Below are positions 47,109 through 62,100 of a stretch of 64,000 nucleotides of DNA, one piece after another (positions within the stretch are counted from its first letter, which is position 1; each line of letters begins with the position of its first letter). Source of the stretch: Balanoglossus misakiensis (taxonomy: Eukaryota > Animalia > Hemichordata); the NCBI GenBank assembly GCA_040954595.2, contig CM082587.2:11289403-11353402 (forward strand), written 5' to 3'. A program made the translations under genes and the position numbers. Under the pieces are notes generated by a model. The model saw only the letters and a program-made list of their open reading frames with translations, did not search any database and was not told the DNA's origin.

Positions 47109-50100
47109 GCTAACGAACGCTAGTGTCTGTCATAGTGTGCCGGGGTTTTGGTCGAGCCAAGCCGTAGAAAATCTGACTTGATCACCGTTGCTAACGTACG
47201 CTAGTGTCTGTCATATTGTGACGGAGAGTTAGCCGAGCCAGGTTGAGAAAAATCGACTTGTTCAACGTTACCAGTGTGCAACTGTTTCCGCTCTAGAGTG
47301 TCAGGGTTTTAGCCGACTTATGCTGTAGGAAATCTGAGTTGATGAACGGGAAATTCAATGTTAGAAAACCCGTGTGGAAAGTATCTCTACTCGTTTGAAA
47401 CTAAGAAAAGAATGTATTCTTATTTATTTTGTAAAAAAGACAATTTTTCGAAAAAAAGTCGAAAATGGTAATTTTGTCTTGGGTGATTCAAATTATACCG
47501 CCTTTTCTGGAATTTGCAACACTTTTTACAAGAGAACGACACTTCATGCTCCATAATATTTCCGAAAATGAAGAAAAGAGTTAATTTTTTATGATTTTTT
47601 AAAAATTTACCATTTTTGTCAAAATATGGCCAAAATGACCTTTTTTTCTTGAATTCCGTCAATATCTCTGCATTTTTGGAGTGGTCGAAAGTTTTAACAT
47701 ACAATCAACATGTCATATATAATCAGGGCACCAAATTCGAAGAACAGTAAAAGCTTTTTTTATTTTTTTTTCTATAAATGACATTTTCAAGCAAAATTTG
47801 ATAACATGCAATTTTGTCTGCAGTGAGCCAAATTAGACTGTCTTTTGTGGAATTTGTATCGATATATACATACGAAGGGCATTCTATACTCCATCAGATT
47901 ACCGAAAATGTAGAAAACAGTTATTTTTCGTAATTTTCAAAAATTTACCATTTTTGACCAAAATGTAGCTAAAATGGTTATTTTTGTCTTGAATGCCGCC
48001 AGTGTCACTGCTTTTAAGAGTCATAAAACGTTTAACATACAAGCAATTGTTTATATATGATCAGGTCACCGAATTAAAAAAATAATGAAGTTTTGCCTAA
48101 AAATAACCTTTTTAGTGCAAAAATGAATAAAACGCAATTTTGTATTAAATCAGCTCATTCAGAGTGCATTTTTTATAATCAGCACCATTTTTACATATTA
48201 TGGACATGTCATACATCATCAGATATCCAAATATGAAAAAATTATTTAGATTTTAGATGATTGTCCAAAATTATCTGATATCTAATAAATGTAGTATTGA
48301 ACCATTCTGTTTGCCCCCCCCCCACCCCCCCCCCTACATTATATGCGGTACGCAGATGTCAGCTTACCCGGCAGTACTGCAGGCCGTGCCCACAACTGAC
48401 GTCGGTGTTTAAAACGCCCTGGTTAAATTCGGGCTTTCTCTATAAATTGACAGGCAATAATGCAGTCGTACCCGAACACTCCTCTGTGACTTTCCCTCTT
48501 CGGTTTGTCCGACTTAGCCAACGTCTTTGTGCTAGAGTGTCGGGGCTTCAGCTGAGCCAGGCTGAAGGAAATCCGACTTGATCACCGTTGCTAACGAACG
48601 CCAGTGTCTGTTATGGTGTGCCGGGGTTTTAGTCGAGCCAGGCCGTAGGAGATCAGACTTGATCATCGTGGCCAATGTACGCGTGTTTCCGCTCTAAAGT
48701 GCCGGGGCTTCAGCTAAGCCAGGCCGTAGGAAACCCGACGTGATTACCGTTGTTAACTTACGCCAGTCTGTGTACTATATATAGTGCCGGGGCATCAGCC
48801 GTGCCAGGCCGAAGGAAATGTTAGTTGATCAACATGGTCTCTGTACGCGTGTTTCTGGTCTAGAGTGCCAGGGCTTTAGCCAAGCCATGTTGTAGGAAAT
48901 CTGACTTGATCAACGTTGCTAACGAACGCTAGTGTCTGTCATAGTGTGCCGGGGTTTTAGTCGAGCCAAGCCGTAGGAGATCAGACTTGATCAACGTGGT
49001 CTCTGTACGCGTGTTTCTGCTCTAGAGTGCCAGGGCCTTAGCCAAGCCATGCCGTAGGAAATCTGACTTGATCAACGTTGCTACCGAACGCTAGTGTCTG
49101 TCGTAGTGTGCCGGGGTTTTAGTCGAGCCAAGCCGTAGAGATCAGACTTGATCAACGTGGTCTCTGTACGCGTGTTTCTGCTCTAGAGTGCCGGGGCTTT
49201 ATCCAAGCCATGCCGTAGAAAATCTGACTTGATCACCGTTGCTAACGTACGCTAGTGTCTGTCATATTGTGACGGAGATATAGCCGAGCCATGCCGTAGA
49301 AAAATCGACTTGTTCAACGTTACCAGTGTGCAACTGTTTCTGCTCTAGAGTGTCAGGGTTTTAGCCGACTTATACTGTAGGAAATCTGAGTTGATGAACG
49401 GGAATTCAATGTTAGAAAACCCGTGTGGAAAGTATCTCTACCCGTTTGAAACTAAGAAAAGAATTTATTCTTATTTATTTTGTAAAAAATACATTTTTTC
49501 GAAAAAAAGTCGAAAATGGTAATTTTGTCTTGGGTGATTCAAATTATACCGCCTTTTCTGGAATTTGCAGCACTTTTTACAAGAGAACGACACTTCATGC
49601 TCCATAATATTTCCGAAAATGAAGAAAAGAGTTTATTTTTTATGATTTTTTAAAAATTTACCATTTTTGTCAAAATATGGCCAAAATGGCTATTTTTTCT
49701 TGAATTCCGTCAATATCTCTGCATTTTTGGAGTGGTCGACAGTTTTAACATACAATCAACATGTCATATATGATCAGGGCACCAAATTCGAAGAACAAAG
49801 TTTTTTTTTGGTTTTTTTTTCTAAAAATGACATTTTCAAGGAAAATTTGGTAAAACGCAATATTGTCTGCAGTGAGCCAAATTAGACTGTCTTTTGTGGA
49901 ATTTGTATCGATGTATACATACGGAGAGCATTCTATACTTCATCAGATTTCCGAAAATGTAGAAAACAGGTATTTTTTGTAAATTTCAAATATTTACCAT
50001 TTTGACCAAATCGTGGCTAAAATTGTTATTTTCGTGTTAAATGCCGCCAGTGTCACTGCTTTTAAAAGTCATAAAAACTTTTAACATACAAGCAATTGTT

Positions 50101-53100
50101 TATATATGATCAGGTCACCGAATTAAAAAAATAAAGAATGTTTTGTCTGAAAATGACCTTTTTGGTGCAAAAACGAATAAAACGCAATTTTGTATTAAAT
50201 CAGCTCATTCAGAGTGCATTTTATATAATCAGCACCATTTTTACATATAATGGAAATTTCATACATCATCAGATATCCAAATATGAAAAAATGATTTAGA
50301 TTTTAGATGATTGTCCAAAATTAGCTGATATCTAATAAATGTAGTATTGAACCGTTCTGTTTCCGCCCCCCCCCCCCCCTACATTATATGCGGTACGCGG
50401 ATGTCAGCTTACCCGGCAGTATGGCAGGCCGTGCCCCCAACTAACGTCGGTGTTTGAAACGGCCTGGTTAAATTCGGGCTTTCTCTATAAATTGACAGGC
50501 AATAATGCAGTCCTACCCGAACAAATGTCGAGTGTTGACCCGCTGTGACTTTCCCTCTTCGGTTTGCCAGACTTAGCCAACGTCTTTGTACTAGAGTGTC
50601 GGGTCTTTTGCAGAGCCAGGCCGAAGGAAATCCGACTTGATCACCGTTGCTAACGAACGCTAGTGTCTGTCATGGTGTGCCGGGGTTTTAGTCGAGCCAG
50701 GCCGTAGGAGATCTGACTTGATCATCGTGGTCAATGTACGCGTGTTTCCGCTCTAAAGTGCCGGGGCTTCAGCTGAGCCAGGCCGTAGGAAACCCGACGT
50801 GATTACCGTGTTAACTTACGCCAGTCTGTGTCCTATATAAAGAGCCGGTGCACCAGCCGAGTCACGCCGTAGGAAATCTGACTTGATCAAAGTGGTCAAT
50901 GTACGCCTGTTTCTGCTCGAGAGTGCCGGGGCTTCAGCTGAGCCAGGCCGTAGGAAACCCGACGTGATTACCGTGTTAACTTACGCCAGTCTGTGTCCTA
51001 TATATAGAGCCGGTGCACCAGCCGAGTCACGCCGTAGGAAATCTGACTTGATCAACGTGGTCAATGTGCGCCTGTTTCTGCTCTAGAGTGCCGGGGCTTC
51101 AGCTGAGCCAGGCCGTAGGAAACCCGACGTGATTACCGTGTTAACTTACGCCAGTCTGTGTCCTATATATAGTGCCGTGGCATCAGCCGTGCCAGGCCGA
51201 AGGAAATGTGAGTAGAACAACGTATACTCTGTACGCGTGTTTCTGCTCTAGAGTGCCAGAGCTTTAGCCGAGTCACGCCGTAGGAAATCTGACTCGATCA
51301 ACGTTGCTAACGAACGCTAGTGTCTGTCATAGTGTGCCGGGGTTTTAGTCGAGCCAAGCCGTAGGAGATCAGACTTGATCAACGTGGTCACTGTACGCGT
51401 GTTTCTGCTCTAGAGTGCCGGGGCTTTATCCAAGCCATGCCGTAGAAAATCTGACTTGATCACCGCTGCTAACGTACGCTAGTGTCTGTCATATTGTGAC
51501 GGAGATTTAGCCGAGCAAGGCCGTAGAAAAATCGACTTGTTCAAAGTTACCAGTGTGCAACTGTTTCTGCTCTAGAGTGTCAGAGTTTTAGCCGACTTAT
51601 GCTGTAGGAAATCTGAGTTGATGAACGGGAATTCAATGTTAGAAAACCCGTGTGGAAAGTATCTCTACCCGTTTGAAACTAATAAAAGAATTTATTCTTA
51701 TTTATTTTGTAAAAAAGACATTTTTTTTCGAAAAAAAGTCGAAAATGGTAATTTTGTCTTGGGTGATTCAAATTATACCGCCTTTTCTGGAATTTGCAGC
51801 ACTTTTTACAAAAGAACGACACATCATGCTCCATAATATTTCCGAAAATGAAGAAAAGAGTTAATTTTTTATGATTTTTTTAAAAAATTTACCATTTTTT
51901 GTCAAAATATGGCCAAAATGGCTATTTTTTCTTGAATTCCGTCAATATGTCTGCATTTTTGGAGTGGTCGAAAGTTTTAACATACAATCAACATGTCATA
52001 TATGATCAGGGCACCAAATTCGAAGAACAAAGGTTTTTTTATTTTTTTTTCTAAAAATGACATTTTCAAGGAAAATTCGGTAAAACGCATTTTTGTCTGC
52101 AGTGAGCCAAATAAGACGGTCTTTTGTGGAATTTGTATCGATATATACATACGAAGAGCATTCTATACTCCATCAGATTTCCGAAACTGTAGAAAACAGG
52201 TATTTTTTGTAATTTTCAAAAATTTACCATTTTGACCAAATTGTGGCTAAAATTGTTATTTTCGTGTTGAATGCCGCCAGTGTCACTGCTTTTAAAAGTC
52301 ATAAAAATGTTTAACATACAAGCAATTGTTTATATATGATCAGGTCACCGAATTAAAAAAATAAAGAATATTTTTCCTAAAAATGACCTTTTTAGTGCAA
52401 AAACGAATAAAACGCAATTTTGTATTAAATCAGATCATTAAGAGTGCATTTTTATAATCAGCACCATTTTTACATATAATGGAAATTTCATACATCATCA
52501 GATATCCAAATATTAAAACATGATTTAGATTTTAGATGATTGTCCAAAATTAGCTGATATCTAATAAATGTAGTATTGAACCGTTCTGTCCCCCCCCCCC
52601 CCTACATTATATGCGGTACGCCGATGTCAGCTTACCCGACAGTACTGCAGGCCGTGCCCCCAACTAACGTCGGTGTTTGAAACGCCCTGGTTAAATTCGG
52701 GCTTTCTCTATAAATTGATAGGCAATAATGCAGTCCTACCCGAACAAATGTCGATTGTTGACCCGCTGTGACTTTCCCTCTTCGGTTTGCCCGACTTAGC
52801 CAACGTCTTTGTACTAGAGTGTCGGGTCTTTTGCAGAGCCAGGCCGAAGGAAATCCGACTTGATCACCGTTGCTAACGAACGCTTGTGTCTGTCATGGTG
52901 TGCCTGGGTTTTAGTCGAGCCAGGCCGTAGGAGATCTGACTTGATCATCGTGGTCAATGTACGCGTGTTTCCGCTCTAATGTGCCGGGGCTTCAGCTAAA
53001 CCAGGCCGTAGGAAATCCGACGTAATCACCGATGATAACTTACGCCAGTCTGTGTCATATAGAGCCGGTGCACCAGCCGAGTCACGCCGTAGGAAATCTG

Positions 53101-56100
53101 ACTTGATCAACGTGGTCAATGTACGCCTGTTTCTGCTCTAGAGTGCCGGGGCTTCAGCTGAGCCAGGCCGTAGGAAACCCGACGTGATTACCGTTGTTAA
53201 CTTACGCCAGTCTGTGTCTTATATATAGTGCCGGGGCATCAGCCGTGCCAGGCCGAAGGAAATGTGAGTAGATCAACGTGGTCTCTGTACGCGTGTTTCT
53301 GCTCTAGAGTGCCAGAGCTTTAGCCAAGCCATGCCATAGGAAATTTGACTTAATAAACGTTGCTAACGAACGCTAGTGACTGTCATAGTGTGCCGGGGTT
53401 TTAGTCGAGCCAAGCCGTAGGAGATCAGACTTGATCAACGTGGTCTCTGTACGCGTGTTTCTGCTCTAGAGTGCCGGGGCTTTATCCAAGCCATGCCGTT
53501 AAAAATATGATTTGATCACCGTTGCTAACGTACGCTAGTGTCTGTCATATTGTGACGGAGATTTAGCCGAACCAGGCCGTAGAAAAATCGACTTGTTCAA
53601 CGTTACCAGTGTGCAACTGTTTCTGCTCTAGAGTGTCAGGGTTTTAGCCGACTTATGCTGTAGGAAATCTGACTTGATGAACGGGAATTCAATGTTAGAA
53701 AACCCTTGTGGAAAGTATCTCTACCCGTTTGAAACTAAGAAAAGAATTTATTCTTATTTATTTTGTAAAAAAGACAATTTTTCGAAAAAAAGTCGAAAAT
53801 GGTAATTTTGTCTTGGGTGATTCAATTATACCGCCTTTCTGGAATTTGCAGCACTTTTTACAAGAGAACGACACTTCATGCTCCGTAATATTTCAGAAAA
53901 TGAAGAAAAGAGTTAATTTTTTATGATTTTTTTTAAAATTTACCATTTTTTGTCAAAATATGGCCAAAATGGCTATTTTTTCTTGAATTCCGTCAATATC
54001 TCTGCATTTTTGGAGTGGTCGAAAGTTTTAACATACAATCAACATGTCATATATGATCAGGGCACCAAATTCGAAGAACAAAGTTTTTTTTTTTTTTTTT
54101 TTTCTAAAAATGACATTTTCAAGGAAAATTTGGTAAAACGCAATTGTGTCTGCAGTGAGCCAAATTAGACGGTCTTTTGTGGAATTTGTATCGATATATA
54201 CATACGAAGAGCATTCTATACTCCATCAGATTTCCGAATATGTAGAAAACAGGTATTTTTTGTAATTTTCAAAAAATTACCATTTTGACCAAATTGTGGC
54301 TAAAATTGTTATTTTCGTGTTGAATGCCGCCAGTGTCACTGCTTTTAAAAGTCATAAAAACGTTTAACATACAAGCAATTGTTTATACATGTATATGATC
54401 AGGTCACCGAATTAAAAAAATAAAGAATATTTTGCCTAAAAATGACCTTTTTGGTGCAAAAACGAATAAAACGCAATTTTGTATTAAATCAGATCATTCA
54501 GAGTGCATTTTTTATTATCAGCACCATTTTTACATAAAATGGAAATTTCATACATCATCAGATATCCAAATATGAAAACATGATTTAGATTTTAGATGAT
54601 TGTCCAAAATTAGCTGATATCTAATAAATGTAGTATTGAACCGTTCTGTCCCCCCCCCCTACATTATATGCGGTACGCCGATGTCAGCTTACCCGACAGT
54701 ACTGCAGGCCGTGCCCCCAACTAACGTCGGTGTTTGAAACGACCTGGTTAAATTCGGGCTTTCTCTATAAATTGATAGGCAATAATGCAGTCCTACCCGA
54801 ACAAATGTCGAGTGTTGACCCGCTGTGACTTTCCCTCTTCGGTTTGCCCGACTTAGCCAACGTCTTTGTACTAGAGTGTCGGGTCTTTTGCAGAGCCAGG
54901 CCGAAGGAAATCCGACTTGATCACCGTTGCTAACGAACGCTAGTGTCTGTGATGGTGTGCCGGGGTTTTAGTCGAGCCAGGCCGTAGGAGATCTGACTTG
55001 ATCATCGTGGTCAATGTACGCGTGTTTCCGCTCTAAAGAGCCGGGGCTTCAGCTAAACCAGGCCGTAGGAAATCCGACGTAATCACCGTTGGTAACTTAC
55101 GCCAGTCTGTGTCATATAGAGCCGGTGCACCAGCCGAGTCACGCCGTAGGAAATCTGACTTGATCAACGTGGTCAATGTACGCCTGTTTCTGCTCTATAG
55201 TGCCGGGGCTTCAGCTGAGCCAGGCCGTAGGAAACCCGACGTGATTACCGTTGTTAACTTACGCTAGTCTGTGTCCTATATATAGTGCCGGGGCATCAGC
55301 CGTGCCAGGCCGAAGGAAATGTGAGTAGATCAACGTGGTCTCTGTACGCGTGTTTCTGCTCTAGAGTGCCAGGGCTTTAGCCAAGCCATGCCGTAGGAAA
55401 TCTGACTTGATAAACGTTGCTAATGAACGCTAGTGTCTGTCATAGTGTGCCGGGGTTTTAGTCGAGCCAAGCCGTAGGAGATCAGACTTGATCAACGTGG
55501 TCTCTGTACGCGTGTTTCTGCTCTAGATTGCCGGGGTTTTATCCAAGCCATGCCGTAGAAAATCTGACTTGATCACCGTTGCTAACGTACGCTAGTGTCT
55601 GTCATATTGTGACGGAGATTTAGCCGAGCCAGGCCGTAGAAAAATCGACTTGTTCAACGTTACCAGTGTGCAACTGTTTCTGCTCTAGAGTGTCAGGGTT
55701 TTAGCCGACTTATGCTGTAGGAAATCTGAGTTGATGAACGGGAATTCAATGTTAGAAAACCCGTGTGGAAAGTATCTCTACCCGTTTGAAACTAAGAAAA
55801 GAATTTATTCTTATTTATTTTGTAAAAAAGACAATTTTTCGAAAAAAAGTCGAAAATGGTAATTTTGTCTTGGGTGATTCAAATTATACCGCCTTTTCTG
55901 AAATTTGCAGCACTTTTTACAAGAGAACGACACTTCATGCTCCATAATATTTCCGAAAATGAAGAAAAGAGTTAATTTTTTATGATTTTTTAAAAATTTA
56001 CCATTTTTGTCAAAATATGGCCAAAATGGCTATTTTTTCTTGAATTTGGTCAATATCTCTGCATTTTTGGAGTGGTCGAAAATTTTAACATACAATCAAC

Positions 56101-59100
56101 ATGTCATATATGATCAGGGCACCAAATTCGAAGAACAAAGGTTTTTTTATTTGCTTTTCTAAAAATGACATTTTCAAGGAAAATTTGGTAAAACGCAATT
56201 TTGTCTGCAGTGAGCCAAATTAGACGGTCTTTTGTGGAATTTGTATCGATATATACATACGAAGAGCATTCTATACTCCATCAGATTTCCGAAAATGTAG
56301 AAAACAGGTATTTTTTGTAATTTTCAAAAATTTACCATTTTGACCAAATTGTGGCTAAAATTGTTATTTTCGTGTTGAATGCCGCCAGTGTCACTGCTTT
56401 TAAAAGTCATGAAAACTTTTAACATAAAAGCAATTGTTTATATATAAACAGGTTACCGAATTAAAAAAAATAAAGAATGTTTTGCCTAAAAATGACCTTT
56501 TTGGTGCAAAAACGAATAAAACGCAATTTCTTATTAAATCAGCTCATTCAGAGTGCATTTTTTATAATCAGCACCATTTTTACATATAATGGAAATTTCA
56601 TACATCATGAGATATCCAAATATGAAAAAATGATTTAGATTTTAGATGATTGTCCAAAATTAGCTGATATCTAATAAATGTAGTATTGAACCGTTCTGTT
56701 CCCCCCTCCTACATTATATTCGGTACGCCGATGTCAGCTTACCCGGCAGTACTGCAGGCCGTGCCCCCAACTAACGTCGGTGTTTGAAACACCCTGGTTA
56801 AATTCGGGCTTTCTCTATAAATTGACAGGCAATAATGCAGTCCTACCCGAACAAATGTCGAGTGTTGACCCGCTGTGACTTTCCCTCTTCGGTTCGCCCG
56901 ACTTAGCCAACGTCTTTGTACTAGAGTGTCGGCTCTTTTGCAGAGCCAGGCCGAAGGAAATCCGACTTGATCACCGTTGCTAACGAACGCTAGTGTCTGT
57001 CATGGTGTGCCGGGGTTTTAGTCGAGCCAGGCCGTAGGAGAGCTGACTTGATCATCGTGGTCAATGTACGCGTGTTTCCGCTCGAAAGTGCCGGGGCTTC
57101 AGCTAACCCAGGCCGTAGGAAATCCGACGTAATCACCGTTGATAACTTACGCCAGTCTGTGTCATATAGAGCCGGTGCACCAGCGGAGTCACGCCGTAGG
57201 AAATCTGACTTGATCAACGTGGTCAATGTACGCCTGTTTCTGCTCTAGAGTGCCGGGCTTCAGCTGAGCCAGGCCGTAGGAAACCCGACGTGATTACCGT
57301 TGTTAACTTACGCCAGTCTGTGTCCTATATATAGTGCCGGGGAATCAGCCGTGCCAGGCCGAAGAAAATGTGAGTAGATCAACGTGGTCTCTGTACGCGT
57401 GTTTCTGCTCTAGAGTGCCAGGGCTTTAGCCAAGCCATGCCGTAGGAAATCTCACTTGATCAACGTTGCTAACGAACGCTAGTGTCTGTCATAGTGTGCC
57501 GGGGTTTTAGTCGAGCCAAGCCGTAGGAGATCAGACTTGATCAACGTGGTCTCTGTACGCGTGTTTCTGCTCTAGAGTGCCGGGGCTTTATCCAAGCCAT
57601 GCCGTAGAAAATCTGACTTGATCACCGTTGCTAACGTACGCTAGTGTCTGTCATATTGTGACGGAGATTTAGCCGAGCCAGGCCGTAGAAAAATCGACTT
57701 GTTCAACGTTACCAGTGTGCAACTGTTTCTGCTCTAGTGTGTCAGGGTTTTAGCCGACTTATGCTGTAGGAAATCTGAGTTGATGAACGGGAATTCAATG
57801 TTAGAAAACCCGTGTGGAAAGTATCTTTACCCGTTTGAAACTAAGAAAAGAATTTATTCTTATTTATTTTGTAAAAAAGACAATTTTTCGAAAAAAAGTC
57901 GAAAATGGTAATTTTGTCTTGGGTGATTCAAGTTATACCGCCTTTTCTGAAATTTGCAGAACTTTTTACAAGAGAACGACACTTCATGCTCCATAATATT
58001 TCCGAAAATGAAGAAAAGAGTTTATTTTTTATGATTTTTTAAAAATGTACCATTTTGTCAAAATATGGCCAAAATGGCTATTTTTTCTTGAATTCCGTCA
58101 ATATCTCTGCATTTTTGGAGTGGTCGAAAGTTTTAACATACAATCAACATTTCATATATGATCAGGGCACCAAATTCGATGAAGAAAGGTTTTTTTATGT
58201 TTTTTTTTCTAAAAATGACATTTTCAAGGAAAATTTGGTAAAACGCAATTTTGTCTGCAGTGAGCCAAATTAGACGGTCTTTTGTGGAATTTGTATCGAT
58301 ATATACATACGAAGAGCATTCTATACTCCATCAGATTTCCGAAAATGTAGAAAACAGGTATTTTTTGTAATTTTCAAAAATTTACCATTTTGACCAAATT
58401 GTGGCTAAAATTGTTATTTTCGTTTTGAATGCCGCCAGTGTCACTGCTTTTAAAAGTCATGAAAACTTTTAACATACAAGCAATTGTTTATATATAATCA
58501 GGTTACCGAATTAAAAAAAATAAAGAATTGTTTGCCTAAAAATGACCTTTTTGGTGCAAAAACGAATAAAACGCAATTTCTTATTAAATCAGCTCATTCA
58601 GAGTGCATTTTTTATAATCAGCACCATTTTTACATATAATGGAAATTTCATACATCATGAGATATCCAAATATGAAAAAATGATTTAGATTTTAGATGAT
58701 TGTCCAAAATTAGCTGATATCTAATAAATGTAGTATTGAACCGTTCTGTTCCCCCCTCCTACATTATATTCGGTACGCCGATGTCAGCTTACCCGGCAGT
58801 ACTGCAGGCCGTGCCCCCAACTAACGTCGGTGTTTGAAACACCCTGGTTAAATTCGGGCTTTCTCTATAAATTGACAGGCAATAATGCAGTCCTACCCGA
58901 ACAAATGTCGAGTGTTGACCCGCTGTGACTTTCCCTCTTCGGTTCGCCCGACTTAGCCAACGTCTTTGTACTAGAGTGTCGGGTCTTTTGCAGAGCCAGG
59001 CCGAAGGAAATCCGACTTGATCACCGTTGCTAACGAACGCTAGTGTCTGTCATGGTGTGCCGGGGTTTTAGTCGAGCCAGGCCGTAGGAGATCTGACTTG

Positions 59101-62100
59101 ATCATCGTGGTCAATGTACGCGTGTTTCCGCTCGAAAGTGCCGGGGCTTCAGCTAACCCAGGCCGTAGGTAATCCGACGTAATCACCGTTGATAACTTAC
59201 GCCAGTCTGTGTCATATAGAGCCGGTGCACCAGCGGAGTCACGCCGTAGGAAATCTGACTTGATCAACGTGGTCAATGTACGCCTGTTTCTGCTCTAGAG
59301 TGCCGGGCTTCAGCTGAGCCAGGCCGTAGGAAACCCGACGTGATTACCGTTGTTAACTTACGCCAGTCTGTGTCCTATATATAGTGCCGGGGAATCAGCC
59401 GTGCCAGGCCGAAGAAAATGTGAGTAGATCAACGTGGTCTCTGTACGCGTGTTTCTGCTCTAGAGTGCCAGGGCTTTAGCCAAGCCATGCCGTAGGAAAT
59501 CTCACTTGATCAACGTTGCTAACGAACGCTAGTGTCTGTCATAGTGTGCCGGGGTTTTAGTCGAGCCAAGCCGTAGGAGATCAGACTTGATCAACGTGGT
59601 CTCTGTACGCGTGTTTCTGCTCTAGAGTGCCGGGGCTTTATCCAAGCCATGCCGTAGAAAATCTGACTTGATCACCGTTGCTAACGTACGCTAGTGTCTG
59701 TCATATTGTGACGGAGATTTAGCCGAGCCAGGCCGTAGAAAAATCGACTTGTTCAACGTTACCAGTGTGCAACTGTTTCTGCTCTAGAGTGTCAGGGTTT
59801 TAGCCGACTTATGCTGTAGGAAATCTGAGTTGATGAACGGGAATTCAATGTTAGAAAACCCGTGTGGAAAGTATCTTTACCCGTTTGAAACTAAGAAAAG
59901 AATTTATTCTTATTTATTTTGTAAAAAAGACAATTTTTCGAAAAAAAGTCGAAAATGGTAATTTTGTCTTGGGTGATTCAAGTTATACCGCCTTTTCTGG
60001 AATTTGCAGAACTTTTTACAAGAGAACGACACTTCATGCTCCATAATATTTCCGAAAATGAAGAAAAGAGTTTATTTTTTATGATTTTTTAAAAATGTAC
60101 CATTTTGTCAAAATATGGCCAAAATGGCTATTTTTTCTTGAATTCCGTCAATATCTCTGCATTTTTGGAGTGGTCGAAAGTTTTAACATACAATCAACAT
60201 TTCATATATGATCAGGGCACCAAATTCGATGAACAAAGGTTTTTTTATGTTTTTTTTTCTAAAAATGACATTTTCAAGGAAAATTTGGTAAAGCGCAATT
60301 TTGTCTGCAGTGAGCCAAATTAGACGGTCTTTTGTGGAATTTGTATCGATATATACATACGAAGAGCATTCTATACTCCATCAGATTTCCGAAAATGTAG
60401 AAAACAGGTATTTTTTGTAATTTTCAAAAATTTACCATTTTGACCAAATTGTGGCTAAAATTGTTATTTTCGTGTTGAATGCCGCCAGTGTCACTGCTTT
60501 TAAAAGTCATGAAAACTTTTAACATACAAGCAATTGTTTATATATAATCAGGTTACCGAATTAAAAAAAATAAAGAATTTTTTGCCTAAAAATGACCTTT
60601 TTGGTGCAAAAACGAATAAAACGCAATTTCTTATTAAATCAGCTCATTCAGAGTGCATTTTTTATAATCAGCACCATTTTTACATATAATGGAAATTTCA
60701 TACATCATGAGATATCCAAATATGAAAAAATGATTTAGATTTTAGATGATTGTCCAAAATTAGCTGATATCTAATAAATGTAGTATTGAACCGTTCTGTT
60801 CCCCCCTCCTACATTATATTCGGTACGCCGATGTCAGCTTAACCGGCAGTACTGCAGGCCGTGCCCCCAACTAACGTCGGTGTTTGAAACACCCTGGTTA
60901 AATTCGGGCTTTCTCTATAAATTGACAGGCAATAATGCAGTCCTACCCGAACAAATGTCGAGTGTTGACCCGCTGTGACTTTCCCTCTTCGGTTCGCCCG
61001 ACTTAGCCAACGTCTTTGTACTAGAGTGTCGGCTCTTTTGCAGAGCCAGGCCGAAGGAAATCCGACTTGATCACCGTTGCTAACGAACGCTAGTGTCTGT
61101 CATGGTGTGCCGGGGTTTTAGTCGAGCCAGGCCGTAGGAGATCTGACTTGATCATCGTGGTCAATGTACGCGTGTTTCCGCTCGAAAGTGCCGGGGCTTC
61201 AGCTAACCCAGGCCGTAGGAAATCCGACGTAATCACCGTTGATAACTTACGCCAGTCTGTGTCATATAGAGCCGGTGCACCAGCGGAGTCACGCCTTAGG
61301 AAATCTGACTTGATCAACGTGGTCAATGTACGCCTGTTTCTGCTCTAGAGTGCCGGGCTTCAGCTGAGCCAGGCCGTAGGAAACCCGACGTGATTACCGT
61401 TGTTAACTTACGCCAGTCTGTGTCCTATATATAGTGCCGGGGAATCAGCCGTGCCAGGCCGAAGAAAATGTGAGTAGATCAACGTGGTCTCTGTACGCGT
61501 GTTTCTGCTCTAGAGTGCCAGGGCTTTAGCCAAGCCATGCCGTAGGAAATCTGACTTAATAAACGTTGCTAACGAACGCTAGTGACTGTCATAGTGTGCC
61601 GGGGTTTTAGTCGAGCCAAGCCGTAGGAGATCAGACTTGATCAACGTGGTCTCTGTACGCGTGTTTCTGCTCTAGAGTGCCGGGGCTTTATCCAAGCCAT
61701 GCCGTAGAAAATCTGACTTGATCACCGTTGCTAACGTACGCTAGTGTCTGTCATATTGTGACGGAGATTTAGCCGAGCCAGGCCGTAGAAAATCGACTTG
61801 TTCAACGTTACCAGTGTGCAACTGTTTCTGCTCTAGAGTGTCAGGGTTTTAGCCGACTTATGCTGTAGGAAATCTGAGTTGATGAACGGGAATTCAATGT
61901 TAGAAAACCCGTGTGGAAAGTATCTTTACCCGTTTGAAACTAAGAAAAGAATTTATTCTTATTTATTTTGTAAAAAAGACAATTTTTCGAAAAAAAGTCG
62001 AAAATGGTAATTTTGTCTTGGGTGATTCAAGTTATACCGCCTTTTCTGGAATTTGCAGAACTTTTTACAAGAGAACGACACTTCATGCTCCATAATATTT

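Noticed and set aside
48290-48310. TGTAGTAT in the satellite as the missing U2 3' continuation
   Set aside because: Only 8 nt match; rest of U2 absent.
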